NCBI GenBank assembly: GCA_965248055.1
Contig: CBDFIJ010000004.1
Span: 64,001 to 128,000 of the forward strand
DNA length: 64,000 nt
Source of the DNA: Candidatus Multivoradales bacterium
GTDB lineage: Bacteria; Acidobacteriota; Thermoanaerobaculia; Multivoradales; JAHEKO01
Direction of reading: 5' to 3'
Shown: positions 51,023-61,390 of the stretch, in pieces
How positions within the stretch are numbered: position 1 is the stretch's first letter
Layout: every line of letters starts with the position of its first letter
Made by a program: the position numbers and the translations under genes
The notes under the pieces: generated by a model
What the model saw: only the letters and a program-made list of their open reading frames with translations
Database searches by the model: none
Told to the model about the DNA's origin: nothing

Positions 51023-51975
51023 AGCGCGCTTCGCTGCGGGCCGCAATCCTCATCGGCGGGCTCCTCTGGGCAGCGGGGGCTGTGCTGTTGGCGGCGGCGG
51101 GCTACCTTCCCGGTGGCGGCGCCTGGATCGCTGTGGTTTGCAGCCTCGCCATCGTCCTGATGGTAGCGGGCGTGCTCACCGTGGTCGTCGGCTTCCTGCC
51201 ACTCGGTCGCCTGAGTCGGCGTCTCGTCTCAGTTCGGAAAGGCGCATCAGACCGTCTCGACGGTAGCTATCCGAAGGAGGTACAACCTCTGATCGACGAC
51301 CTCAACGACCTCCTGCGACGCAATCAGGAGGCGCTCGAGCGCTCGCGCCTCGAAGCCGACAACCTCGCCCACGGTCTCAAGACGCCGCTGGCAATCCTCG
51401 GCAATGAGCTCCAGCGTCTGGCAGCCGAGGGGGAGATCTCAACCGGGGACATGCGCCAACAGGTAGAGGCAATGACCGCGCAGGTCGAGCTTCACCTTGG
51501 CCGGGCTCGAGCCGCCGCCGCTCACCTTGCCCATCCTCCGGAGTCGACTTGCGAAGTCCTTCCGTCGGTCGAACGATTGAACCGCACCATGCGCAAGCTT
51601 CACCAAGAGAAGGCCCTGAAGATCGAAGTCGACGTCACGCCGGAACTCACCTTCTGCGGCGATCGTGAAGATCTTGAGGAGGTGCTGGGCAACCTTCTAG
51701 ATAATGCGTGCAAGTGGGCTCGAAGTAAGGTGGTGATCGGGGCCCAGACTTCGGGAGACCGGGTTACGCTCACGGTGGAAGACGATGGGCCCGGGCTCTC
51801 TGAGCTAAAGCGCACTGTCCTGGCGCGGGGCCACCTCCTCGGCGACCCGAGACCTGGCGGCGGTATCGGCCTGAAGCTGGTCCAGAACGTGGTCCGGCTC
51901 TATGGCGGCAAGGTGGCTTTCAAGGAGTCCCGGTTTGGCGGTTTGCGAGTTGTTCTGGAGCTGCCAAGCGGTTAG
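51019..51975 (+). CDS. Sensor histidine kinase (PhoQ-like core, almost no sensor loop)
   Basis: LAHGLKTPL, NLLDNACKWA, EDDGPG, GIGL. Confidence 0.9.
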   Translation: MKRASLRAAILIGGLLWAAGAVLLAAAGYLPGGGAWIAVVCSLAIVLMVAGVLTVVVGFLPLGRLSRRLVSVRKGASDRLDGSYPKEVQPLIDDLNDLLRRNQEALERSRLEADNLAHGLKTPLAILGNELQRLAAEGEISTGDMRQQVEAMTAQVELHLGRARAAAAHLAHPPESTCEVLPSVERLNRTMRKLHQEKALKIEVDVTPELTFCGDREDLEEVLGNLLDNACKWARSKVVIGAQTSGDRVTLTVEDDGPGLSELKRTVLARGHLLGDPRPGGGIGLKLVQNVVRLYGGKVAFKESRFGGLRVVLELPSG

Positions 51976-52167
51976 GTCGACCGCTCGTTTGAAGCTGCGG
52001 GACTGCAAAAAGGTGATCTGATCGTCGCGATCGATGGGACTCCGGTGTATGAACCCGCGTGTCGGGATCCCAGCGGCGAGCTGGCGGGGCTGCCCAAAGT
52101 GCTGCCTTACCTTCCTGAGGGACTCCAAGCGGAAGCGGTCATCAAGACTGAGATTCTCATCCCGTGA
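51976..52167 (+). pseudogene. PDZ-domain gene remnant
   Basis: EAAGLQKGDLIVAIDGTPV in a frame with no start codon ahead of the motif. Confidence 0.5.
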
Positions 52168-52270
52168 GACAGGGGGCCGAACAGCACCAGTTCCTGGTCA
52201 GTTCTTGATTATCGATTCGCATTGGCAAACCAAGGGTTTGGGCTAAACTCTACGCAGCCGACTCGAGCCC

Positions 52271-53026
52271 ATGATTATCACCATTACCAACCAAAAAGGC
52301 GGCGTGGGAAAGACCACAACGGCGATCAACCTAGCGGCTGGCCTCGCTGCCAAGGGCCTTAAAACCCTGTTGCTGGACCTGGATCCGCAGTCGAACGCCA
52401 CCCTCAGCTTTGTCAGTGCGAAAAACCAACGCCTGTCCTTGTTTGAGGTGATGACCGGTGAGGCCGCCTTGTCCGATGTCTTGTTGCAAGTGGAGAAGGC
52501 TCCCAATTTGACCCTGGGGCCTGCAGCCCTGGCACTTGCCAAACTGGAAACCAAACTGATCGGCGAGATCGATGCCCACTACAAGCTGACCGACCAATTG
52601 CAGATGGTTCGAGATCAGTTTGACTACGTGGTGATCGACACTCCGCCCACTCTTGGCTTGATCACGGTCAATGCTTTGGTCGCCGCCACCCACGTCTTAA
52701 TTCCGGTGCAAAGCAGCTACTTTGCGTTGGAGGGAACCGACGACCTTCTCGAAACCATTGATCGAGTTAAAGTGCGGGCGAATCCTGATCTGCAGATCCT
52801 TGGAGCGGTACTCACCCTCTATGACAAGCGCACGTTGCTCTCCCGGGATATCGAAGCGCAAGTGGAGAAGGTGTTTGGCAGCAAATTATTTGAAACTCGG
52901 ATTCATAAGAACGTCCGGTTGGAAGAGAGCCCGGCCTACCAAGAGGCGATCTTCAGCTACGCCCCCCGCTCGACCGGCGCCTACGATTACTATCGACTCT
53001 CTGAGGAGGTGCTGAGCCGTGTCTAG
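52271..53026 (+). CDS. parA: ParA/Soj family ATPase
   Basis: NQKGGVGKTT, DLDPQSNAT, IDTPPTLG. Confidence 0.93.
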   Translation: MIITITNQKGGVGKTTTAINLAAGLAAKGLKTLLLDLDPQSNATLSFVSAKNQRLSLFEVMTGEAALSDVLLQVEKAPNLTLGPAALALAKLETKLIGEIDAHYKLTDQLQMVRDQFDYVVIDTPPTLGLITVNALVAATHVLIPVQSSYFALEGTDDLLETIDRVKVRANPDLQILGAVLTLYDKRTLLSRDIEAQVEKVFGSKLFETRIHKNVRLEESPAYQEAIFSYAPRSTGAYDYYRLSEEVLSRV

Positions 53027-53912
53027 CAGCAAGAAGGGATTACCCAACCGGGTCAAGATGCGCCACTCTTCGCATTTCGTCGACGAATTGGCGGTACGTT
53101 CCGAACAACCGATTGGCAAGATGGTGCAGATCGACGTTCTCGAAGCCGACCCAGATCAACCCCGAGTGGATTTCGGCAACATCGAGGAGCTGGCTGAGTC
53201 CATACGCTCCAAGGGAGTGCTCGAGCCGATCTTAGTGCGCCCTTTACCACGCCAACGTGGGGAAGCGCCTAGCTACCGAATCATTTCCGGCGAACGCCGC
53301 TTTCGCGCTGCCACGGCTGCGGGGCTTCCAGAAGTTCCGGTGATCGAGATGGACCTGGATGACGATGAAGCGCTAGAAGTCGCGCTAATCGAAAATCTGC
53401 AGCGCAAAGACCTGGATCCCTTTGAGGAGGCCGAAGGATTGCAGGCTCTGAGAGATCGCTTCGAATACACCCACGAGCAGATCGCCAGCACCATGGCGAA
53501 GTCGAGGCCGGTGATCACCGAAGCCTTAACCTTGCTGCGTATTCCGGCGCTGCTGAGACAACTTGCGCGGGAACACGGCATGATGACCAAGTCTTTGCTG
53601 TTGGAGATCGCCAAACTCGGCAGCCAAGAAGAAATGCAAGCGTTGTTTGCCCAGGCGCTTTCGGGCAACCTGACCCGAGATCAAGTTCGTGATCAAGTGC
53701 GCGCCAGGAGCCCCGAGGGTGCCAAGAGCGCCCGACGACGCCCGACCTTTCGCTTTGCCGGCCCTGATGAAAGCTTCAAGGTCGCTTTGACCTTTGAGAC
53801 CGAGGCCGTAGAACGCCACGACGTCATCCGGGCGCTGGAACATATCTTGGAAGGTCTGCGCGAGGCGGAGCATCAAGAGGACAGTATCGGTTCTCCTGAA
53901 ACTCTTTTTTGA
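53019..53912 (+). CDS. parB: ParB/Spo0J family protein
   Basis: QPR, GVLEPILVR, ISGERRFRA, ENLQRKDL, HTH. Confidence 0.9.
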   Translation: MSSSKKGLPNRVKMRHSSHFVDELAVRSEQPIGKMVQIDVLEADPDQPRVDFGNIEELAESIRSKGVLEPILVRPLPRQRGEAPSYRIISGERRFRAATAAGLPEVPVIEMDLDDDEALEVALIENLQRKDLDPFEEAEGLQALRDRFEYTHEQIASTMAKSRPVITEALTLLRIPALLRQLAREHGMMTKSLLLEIAKLGSQEEMQALFAQALSGNLTRDQVRDQVRARSPEGAKSARRRPTFRFAGPDESFKVALTFETEAVERHDVIRALEHILEGLREAEHQEDSIGSPETLF

Positions 53913-54022
53913 CAGGAGTGTTGAGCACATAAGGGGAACTTGCAACGGGTCTGGGGTGGGGAGAAGGAAGGTGCGATTGCGAGAGTCGAACAAAGGCGGC
54001 TCCTGACACTAGGCTGTATGTA

Positions 54023-54050
54023 GGTTTACATAATACACCTTATCAGACAC
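54023..54050 (-). other. dif-like XerC/XerD site
   Basis: GTGTCTGATAA-GGTGTA-TTATGTAAACC, 11-6-11 architecture resembling E. coli dif. Confidence 0.7.
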
Positions 54051-54194
54051 TGGGTACGCCCCTATAGCTCTGATCAGTTACCCGGTTTTCCCCTTCTGCT
54101 GTACTCTTGAATCAGCGGTTGTCGAGTTCGGTTTTCTGGCCCGGGATCTGCTTAAAACAAACGATCTGCCATAGTTTTTTCTTCCAGCAACTCC

Positions 54195-56552
54195 GTGCCT
54201 GCCATTTTTTCCAAGATCGACCGCTACGTTGCCAGCGAGATCCTAGGGCCGTTCGGCCTGGGGTGTGTGGTCTATACGCTGATCCTGTTTCTCCACTTTC
54301 TACTCCAGGCGTCAAAAATGGTGTTCGCCCGCGGGGTTCCGCTGGGTGACGTTCTCGCCTTGATCGCCTACTACCTGCCGAGCATGCTGGTGCTGGTGAT
54401 CCCGATGGCCTTTCTGTTCGCCACGCTGATGGCGGTCGGACGTCTGTCGGGTGACAGCGAGATTACCGCGTTACGAGCTTCCGGTGTGGGCCTGTTCAAG
54501 CTCTACCTCCCATTACTTTGGTTTTCGCTGGCGCTCACTGTGCTGAGTATTTATCTAATGACAGCGGTTTTACCTTTCTCCAACGCCCGCTACACTTCGA
54601 CCATTTATCGAATTCAGACCCGCCATGCTACTCAGGTGGTTGAACCCCGTGAGTTTCACACCGATTTGGGCGCCTGGGTGATGTACGTCTTTGGTCTGAC
54701 CGCTGACCGCAGCGAGTGGGACGGGGTGTTCTTGGCGCAGGAAAACGCTCCAGGGCAATCGGAAGTGATGGTCGCAGAGCTTGGGCATCTCGCCTTTGAC
54801 GAGTCGACCCAGGAACAAGTCCTGCAGCTGACCAATACCGAATCGCACATTATCGACCTCAAGGAGAGTTTTGCCGACGCGCAGTATCGGCTCGGCTTTC
54901 TGCGCACCTACGAGAAAGTCGTCCAGGGCGGCACGGGCATTGAAACAGGAGACCGCAAGGTCGAAAAAAACTTGCGTTCGATGACGTTGGCTGAACTCAA
55001 GCGAGAGCGCAATGACCCAACGCGCGCGGAGACCATCCGCCGGATGGCCTTGGTTGAGGCGCACAAAAAGTTCTCGCTACCGGCAGCCTGTATCGGCTTC
55101 GGTTTATTCGCTCTGCCCTTCGCTTTCGGTTCGCAACGAGGCTCAGGGGCTAAGTCGGCCAGCTTCGCGCTCTCTTTATTGGTGATCGCTTTCTACTACA
55201 TCCTGCTCGAGCAAGGAGAGAAAGCTGCACGGTTGGACAATATGAGTCCCTGGCTGGCCATGTGGCTCCCCAACCTCATCCTGATGGCAGTCGGTGCTTA
55301 CCTATTTTGGCGCCGCAATCGGGACAAGAGCCTGCTACTCGGGCGCGCGGATCGCTTGCTCCGTCAGCTGCCCCTAGCCGCATTCGTAGCCCAGGCCTGG
55401 GCGCGGGTGCGCACAGCGTTTGCCCGGCTCAGAGGTTCGGCCAGCGATCGCTCGTGGATGCAGTTTCCCTCACGCAATGACCGCTACATTCTGCGTCTGT
55501 TTTTCACCGTCGCGGGCCTAACCATGGCCTCGATGATGCTGCTTGCCGCATTGGCACGATTTACCCGAGTCGCGGATCGACTGCAAGAACACAATCTGGC
55601 TTCCAGCGATGTCTGGCGCTACCTCGGAACGGTGGTTTTGGATACTGGTTACCTGATGACTCCGGTGGTGGTGTTGATGGCAACAGTGCTCGCGTTCGCC
55701 TTGTTGTCTCGAAGCAACGAAGTGGTTGCCTGGAGGTCGACGGGCGTCAGCCTCTATCGACTGGCACTGCCGATTCTGGTGGCTACCGCCGGAATTTCCC
55801 TCGGTACCTTTCTGCTCGACGAGTATCTGCTGCCAGCAAGCAATCAGGAAAAACAACGCCTTGAAGACCAAATTTATGGTCGTCAGTCCCAAAGCTTCCG
55901 CCGCGCTGATCGACAATGGCTGTTCGGCCAAGATCGCTTTATCTACCATTACTCCAGCTACGACCAAGAGCAAGAGGCGCTGATCGAACTTGAGGTCTTT
56001 GAGTTCGACGCGGACAGTAAGTTGGTTCGGCGGCTCTATGCCACGCAAGCGGTCTACCAAGGTGAAGGCGCGTGGCTGTTTGATCGCGGCTGGACACGAT
56101 CCTTCGCCGGGGGCGAGGTGGTCGACTTCCGTTGGTTTGAAGAGCCTCATACCGCCCGTTTCCCAGAGACCCCCGACTATTTCCGAGAAGAAGAACGCCA
56201 GCCGGCGCAGATGACCTTTGGCCAACTCAGCCAACACGTCGAAAACCTAGAACGCAGCGGCCAGCCCAACCTAAAGTACCGGGCACAGCTGTATCGCAAG
56301 ATCGCCTACCCCGCCGGTTGTTTGGCCATGGCGTTGGTGGCACTACCGTTTTCGTTTCGCGTAGGTCGTGAGGGGGGAGCGCTGTACGGGGTCGGCCTAG
56401 CCCTGGGACTAGCCATTGCCTTTATCGTGCTGGACTCGATCTTCACCACCCTGGGTGAGACCGGCACCCTGCCACCCTTGCTCGCGGTGTGGGCGCCGTC
56501 TGCTCTATTCTCCACTTTGGCTGTTTATTTGTTCCTCGGAGTGCGCTCTTAA
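54195..56552 (+). CDS. Fused LptF-LptG LPS export permease
   Basis: Two tandem permease halves (IDRYVASE / NDRYILR; SEITALRASG / NEVVAWRSTG). Confidence 0.88.
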   Translation: MPAIFSKIDRYVASEILGPFGLGCVVYTLILFLHFLLQASKMVFARGVPLGDVLALIAYYLPSMLVLVIPMAFLFATLMAVGRLSGDSEITALRASGVGLFKLYLPLLWFSLALTVLSIYLMTAVLPFSNARYTSTIYRIQTRHATQVVEPREFHTDLGAWVMYVFGLTADRSEWDGVFLAQENAPGQSEVMVAELGHLAFDESTQEQVLQLTNTESHIIDLKESFADAQYRLGFLRTYEKVVQGGTGIETGDRKVEKNLRSMTLAELKRERNDPTRAETIRRMALVEAHKKFSLPAACIGFGLFALPFAFGSQRGSGAKSASFALSLLVIAFYYILLEQGEKAARLDNMSPWLAMWLPNLILMAVGAYLFWRRNRDKSLLLGRADRLLRQLPLAAFVAQAWARVRTAFARLRGSASDRSWMQFPSRNDRYILRLFFTVAGLTMASMMLLAALARFTRVADRLQEHNLASSDVWRYLGTVVLDTGYLMTPVVVLMATVLAFALLSRSNEVVAWRSTGVSLYRLALPILVATAGISLGTFLLDEYLLPASNQEKQRLEDQIYGRQSQSFRRADRQWLFGQDRFIYHYSSYDQEQEALIELEVFEFDADSKLVRRLYATQAVYQGEGAWLFDRGWTRSFAGGEVVDFRWFEEPHTARFPETPDYFREEERQPAQMTFGQLSQHVENLERSGQPNLKYRAQLYRKIAYPAGCLAMALVALPFSFRVGREGGALYGVGLALGLAIAFIVLDSIFTTLGETGTLPPLLAVWAPSALFSTLAVYLFLGVRS

Positions 56553-56554
56553 CG

Positions 56555-57382
56555 ATGCTGATCATTGGGGTATTTCTTCTCGCTCTTGCTGCTGGGGTGG
56601 TCTCAACTTCGTTTTGGATTCGTGAAGAGGACTTGGGACGAGGCTATTTTCAAACCAATGCTCTGGTGATCCTCGGGCTGCTGGCGATCGTCGTCGGGCT
56701 GGTGGCGACCGGAGTGATCATGCCGTGGCCAGCGGACTCCCCATCCAGTGCGCAGTTGGATGGCTCCGGGACAATCCCAAGGACCCTCCTGCTCTACGTT
56801 GGATTCGCCTTTTCTTTACTGGCTTACGCTGGCATCTGGTCACGAAAATGGTTCTTGGGACGCCTCGCCGCGGGAGGCGCTTTGGTTACCCTGAGCTTGG
56901 CTCTGTGGCTGATCGATCTGCCGCTGCGTTTCAGCTACGTCCTGCCAATTTTGGGCAGGGTGAGCCTGTTGCTTTCTGCCTTGGTGTTGGGCTGGTCGAT
57001 GGTCACCATGCTGTTGGGCCACTGGTATTTGGTCGCGCCCATGTTGGACTTCCGCCATCTGCGACGCTTTAGCTGGATCCTCACCGTACTGCTTGTGCTG
57101 CGCGCCTTAGCTTCACTGCTGGCAATGTTCTTGGCTTCCCGACTCCCTGACCCGCAAAGTTGGTGGGCTCTCACCTCGGGTGGCGGTTGGGCGATGTTCC
57201 TCTGGATACGAGTCCTCTGGGGACTGTTGGGCGCATTGTTGCTGTCGGGGATGGCACTACATTGCGCACGCCAGGGATCCAACCAATCAGCGACCGGCAT
57301 CTTGTACGTGGTGATCATTAGCGTGTGGATCGGAGAGGCCACTGCATTGTTCCTGCTGGCAATGACCGGAGTGCCAGTTTGA
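56555..57382 (+). CDS. Hypothetical integral membrane protein
   Basis: Multiple TMs, MLLGHWYL, QSATGILY. Confidence 0.7.
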   Translation: MLIIGVFLLALAAGVVSTSFWIREEDLGRGYFQTNALVILGLLAIVVGLVATGVIMPWPADSPSSAQLDGSGTIPRTLLLYVGFAFSLLAYAGIWSRKWFLGRLAAGGALVTLSLALWLIDLPLRFSYVLPILGRVSLLLSALVLGWSMVTMLLGHWYLVAPMLDFRHLRRFSWILTVLLVLRALASLLAMFLASRLPDPQSWWALTSGGGWAMFLWIRVLWGLLGALLLSGMALHCARQGSNQSATGILYVVIISVWIGEATALFLLAMTGVPV

Positions 57383-57415
57383 TCGGCGGTAGTTTCCTCA
57401 AGCTGTAGCGAACCT

Positions 57416-57886
57416 ATGATCGTAAGAAGCACTCTGGACCCGATGGAGATTCGCACCCAGTGCCGAGAGTGTGGGCTCCCCTTCTCCACTTCGATCAGCC
57501 CTAACCAAGAACACTTGCCCTGCCCGAACTGCGAACACTCGCGGAGCTTGGATTGGAGCACCTACGACCCCGCACAGGCAACCACGGTTCCGTGCTGCGT
57601 GGTTTGCGGTTGCAAGCATCTCTACCGACAGCGAGACGTCAACCGGGCGATCGGCTGCTTGGTGGTGGCCATCGCCATCGTCCTGACCCCGTGGACCTAT
57701 GGTCTGTCGCTGGTGGTGGCAGCGGCGATCGATTGGTGGCTGTGGTACCACTTGGAGGAGCGGCCGGTTTGCTATCGCTGCGACACGGTCTATCGAGACG
57801 CGATCCCAACCGCTAGGCAGAAGGAGTTCGACCTCCTACGCCACGACGTACTGAAATATGGAAAGTCTTGGGAAGACGCCGACTAG
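57416..57886 (+). CDS. Zinc-ribbon membrane protein
   Basis: Four CxxC pairs around a hydrophobic hairpin. Confidence 0.65.
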   Translation: MIVRSTLDPMEIRTQCRECGLPFSTSISPNQEHLPCPNCEHSRSLDWSTYDPAQATTVPCCVVCGCKHLYRQRDVNRAIGCLVVAIAIVLTPWTYGLSLVVAAAIDWWLWYHLEERPVCYRCDTVYRDAIPTARQKEFDLLRHDVLKYGKSWEDAD

Positions 57887-59022
57887 ACTGCGGCGGCCAC
57901 CTTTTCAGCCAGGTCGGTTCTTTCCCAGGTGAAGGCGTCCTCTTCGCGACCAAAATGACCGTAAGCCGCGGTCGGTCGATAGATCGGACGGCGCAGGTCA
58001 AGATGCTCGATGATCCCGGCCGGAGTGAGCGGAAAGACCTCTCGCACCACGGTCTCAAGCAAACGATCGTCGGCGGTGCCGGTGCCGTGGCTGTCAACTC
58101 GGATTGAAACCGGATCAGCGACGCCGATTGCATAGGCCAACTGGACCGTCACTCGATCGGCCAGGCCACTGGCGACAAGGTTCTTGGCCACGTAGCGCGC
58201 CATGTAGGAGGCCGAACGGTCGACCTTGGTCGGATCTTTGCCGGAGAATGCCCCACCACCGTGGGGCGCCATCCCGCCGTAAGTGTCAACGATAATCTTG
58301 CGTCCGGTGAGGCCACAGTCGCCCTTGGGGCCGCCAACCACAAAACGTCCGGTCGGGTTGATATGAACAATCAATTGGTCGTCCACCAGTTCCGCAGGCA
58401 GCTCCGGTCGAATCACTTCTTCGCGCACCAGGTCGTGTAGATCTTCGGTCGAGATATCTTCAGAATGCTGGGTTGAGACAACCACGGTGTGTACCCTGGC
58501 CGGCCGGTCCCCTTGGTACTCAATCGTCACCTGACTCTTGCCGTCGGGTCTCAAGTCTTTTTGCCCAGCCTTACGCACCTGCGCCAATCGCATGGTCAAA
58601 GCGTGAGCCAAACTGATCGGTAACGGCATCAATTCAGCGGTTTCGCGGCACGCGTAGCCAAACATCAGCCCTTGGTCCCCGGCCCCACCGGGATCCACGC
58701 CCATGGCAATGTCCGGAGATTGGGAATCGATCGAGGTGATCACTGCGGCATCGGTGGCGTCAAAACCAATTCCCCGGTCGACGTAGCCGATTTCTTCGAG
58801 CGTCTGCTGGGTTACTTTGCGAAAATCGATAAAGGCATCGGTGGTCATTTCCCCTGCCAGGACCACCAGTCCGGTGGTGACCAAAGTTTCGCAAGCGACC
58901 CGACCATTGGGATCTTCGGCCAAAACTGCATCCAAAACCGCGTCGGAGATCTGATCCGAGACCTTGTCAGGATGCCCCTCAGTGACCGACTCTGATGTAA
59001 ATAGCGAACGTTCGTCCGACAT
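57883..59022 (-). CDS. metK: S-adenosylmethionine synthetase
   Basis: [39 protein letters not shown]. Confidence 0.98.
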   Translation of the reverse strand: MSDERSLFTSESVTEGHPDKVSDQISDAVLDAVLAEDPNGRVACETLVTTGLVVLAGEMTTDAFIDFRKVTQQTLEEIGYVDRGIGFDATDAAVITSIDSQSPDIAMGVDPGGAGDQGLMFGYACRETAELMPLPISLAHALTMRLAQVRKAGQKDLRPDGKSQVTIEYQGDRPARVHTVVVSTQHSEDISTEDLHDLVREEVIRPELPAELVDDQLIVHINPTGRFVVGGPKGDCGLTGRKIIVDTYGGMAPHGGGAFSGKDPTKVDRSASYMARYVAKNLVASGLADRVTVQLAYAIGVADPVSIRVDSHGTGTADDRLLETVVREVFPLTPAGIIEHLDLRRPIYRPTAAYGHFGREEDAFTWERTDLAEKVAAAV

Positions 59023-59423
59023 CGAATATATTCCTTGTAATTGACAGCTGTTCGACTGGTGTGCTGTGCCCAACCCCCGTCCTACCGTTTAGCATCTCGA
59101 CGGCACGGGGCCATGCTACCAGAGCATCACACCCTCGCTGAACGCCTCTGCCGTGGCGGTTTCAGCTGACCGGAAGGATAGCCCTGCGGCTAGACAAACT
59201 CCCGCCTCCTGGTGATACCGGGAAATTCTCCCTGGGTCACCCTGGAAATTCTCCTAGATACCTTGAGTTTTGTCCCTTGACGTCGTGATTCAGTGATTTA
59301 TGTAAGTCGTTGTATTACAATGCTTTAAGCTCCCTCTGGACGGCAAAAAAATCCCGGCATGAACCTCGCACTAAAGAGTAGCTCTCCAGCATGGAGACCC
59401 AGCTGGAGGAGGGTTCTTTAAAG

Positions 59424-59486
59424 ATGGTTCGATTCGGGGATTCCCAGGTTGAACCAAGGATTGTTTTCTCGGGCCCGGCGACTTGA
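59424..59486 (+). CDS. Candidate 20-aa small ORF
   Basis: GGAGGAGGG 10 nt upstream; MVRFGDSQVEPRIVFSGPAT; followed by a terminator. Confidence 0.3.
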   Translation: MVRFGDSQVEPRIVFSGPAT

Positions 59487-59505
59487 GAACATGTCCGATC
59501 TGTTT

Positions 59506-59535
59506 GGCCACCTGTCATAAGGTGGCCTTTTTTTT
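59506..59535 (+). terminator. Intrinsic terminator
   Basis: GGCCACCT-GTCATA-AGGTGGCC followed by T8. Confidence 0.8.
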
Positions 59536-59640
59536 GAGGCAGTCGGAGCTGGTTGTACTCAGCATCCGGTGTTAGCCATCTCATAGGTGGCGTCGGGACT
59601 CCCGGTGGGACAAAATTCAGGCGTTCTTCACACCAACACC

Positions 59641-60399
59641 ATGATCGACTCCCCCGCCAACCCAAAAATTCGCTTCGCCCAAGCGGTGCGTAGCGGTCAG
59701 CATCGCGAATTGGTACTACTGGAGGGGGAACGCGGAGTCCTGGAGGCGGCGAGCCACGGACTGCCCTTTGAACTCTTGCTGGCAACCCCAGAAACAGCCG
59801 GCATCCTGGACAGATCCTTACCTGGCCATCAATCGCTGACACCGCTGGCTACCAACGCCAAATTGCTGGCGACGCTGAGCGATCTGGACGCCCCGCGCGA
59901 CGTAATCGCGGTGGTTCGCAATCCGCGGCCCGATGCCGCACAGTTCTCGCTTTCTGGCGATCACCGCTTATTGGTCTACGCCGATCGGGTCCAGGATCCG
60001 GTCAATCTGGGAGCTTTGGCGCGCGTCTGCGCGGCGGTTGGAGCTGATGCTTTGCTCACCTCCCCGGGCTCCGTACACCCTAATCACCATCGCGCTGTGC
60101 GCGCTTCCGCGTTCAGTCTGTTGACGCTGCCGGTATACCCAAAACTTCCGTGGCAACAACTGCGTTTGTTGACTCAGGACGCGAACTGGATTGCTCTAGA
60201 CCCAAGGGCCAAACAGGGCATCTATGACTGCCCGGTGAACAGTCCGTTGGTGGCTGTGATCGGCGGTGAGATGGGAATCTCCCCGGAGCACCTGACCCAA
60301 GTACCAGCTGCGGCGATCCCCATGTCCGGCGAAGTCGAATCGTTGAATTTGGCGGTCGCCGCTGGGGTTGCCCTGTTTGACTGGGTCCGCCGTCTCTAG
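59641..60399 (+). CDS. TrmH/SpoU-family RNA methyltransferase
   Basis: QDPVNLGALAR, GGEMGI, IPMSGEVESLNLAVA. Confidence 0.9.
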   Translation: MIDSPANPKIRFAQAVRSGQHRELVLLEGERGVLEAASHGLPFELLLATPETAGILDRSLPGHQSLTPLATNAKLLATLSDLDAPRDVIAVVRNPRPDAAQFSLSGDHRLLVYADRVQDPVNLGALARVCAAVGADALLTSPGSVHPNHHRAVRASAFSLLTLPVYPKLPWQQLRLLTQDANWIALDPRAKQGIYDCPVNSPLVAVIGGEMGISPEHLTQVPAAAIPMSGEVESLNLAVAAGVALFDWVRRL

Positions 60400-60412
60400 C
60401 AGCCACAGGCTG

Positions 60413-61390
60413 CTAGAGACGCGCCTCTCGAATCGCTTCGGTCAGCAGAGGCACGATCTCATGCAAATCACCGACGATGCCGTAGTCGGACACCGCGAAA
60501 ATCGGCGCCCCGGCATCCTTGTTGATCGACACCACGACCTGGGATCCCTTCATCCCAACAACGTGCTGAATGGCACCGGAAATCCCCAGCGCAACGTACA
60601 GCTTGGGGGTCACGGTTTGACCACTCGAGCCGATCTGTCGGTCGCGCGGCAACCAACCGCTATCGATCACCGGGCGGCTCGCTGCAACCTCAGCGCCCAA
60701 GGCAGAGGCCAATTCTTCGACCACGCTCATCTTGTCTTGGTCGCCGATGCCACGACCTACGGCAACGATCACCTCAGACTGGCTAAGGTCGACCTCCTCC
60801 TCGGCGGCCTGTTCGGTGCCAATGATTTCCCGATCCGACACCGCACCCTCAAGCGAACTCGGCCAAGCAGCTAACTCCGCCGTTCCAGTCTGCACGTCGT
60901 CAGCACTCCAGGATCCAGACTGCACGGAAACCATAGTGCGGTCACCAGACGCAGTTACGGTTGCCACCAATTTGCCACCGAGCACCGGGCGCGACCACCG
61001 CAACGATTCACCTGACGAAGTCACAGAGGTGACTTCGGGGATCATTCCCGCCCCAACCCGCACCGCTAGCCGGGCCATGAAATCCACCGACTGATAGGTG
61101 TGCGGCAGGATCACCCATTGGGAATCCAGTTGTTCAACCAGAGCTGCCAATGCACCGGCATAGGCCCCTGGCGTGTAGCCAGTAAGTCGGTCGTTCTGGC
61201 AATGAAACACCTTTGCCACCGCGCACCCAGCGAGCTTCTCGGCAGCCTCCGTGCTCCCGTGCGGCAGCGCCACGACAATTTCTGCTCCGTTGGTTTGGGC
61301 CAACTGCTGCGCAGCGCAGATCGCCTCCAAACTCATTCTATGAATTCCGTCATCCTTTGCCTGAGCCACGACCAAGATCAGATTTGACAT
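60413..61390 (-). CDS. etfA: Electron transfer flavoprotein alpha
   Basis: QIGSSGQTVTPKLYVALGISGAIQH, INKD, DYGIVGDL. Confidence 0.95.
   Translation of the reverse strand: MSNLILVVAQAKDDGIHRMSLEAICAAQQLAQTNGAEIVVALPHGSTEAAEKLAGCAVAKVFHCQNDRLTGYTPGAYAGALAALVEQLDSQWVILPHTYQSVDFMARLAVRVGAGMIPEVTSVTSSGESLRWSRPVLGGKLVATVTASGDRTMVSVQSGSWSADDVQTGTAELAAWPSSLEGAVSDREIIGTEQAAEEEVDLSQSEVIVAVGRGIGDQDKMSVVEELASALGAEVAASRPVIDSGWLPRDRQIGSSGQTVTPKLYVALGISGAIQHVVGMKGSQVVVSINKDAGAPIFAVSDYGIVGDLHEIVPLLTEAIREARL

Noticed and set aside
59030-59220. SAM riboswitch upstream of metK
   Set aside because: A hairpin exists at ~59074-59110 but I could not match SAM-I/II consensus motifs; needs an Rfam scan.
59380-59540. 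6S RNA
   Set aside because: Only a short TTGAACCAAGG resemblance; no long closing stem evident.
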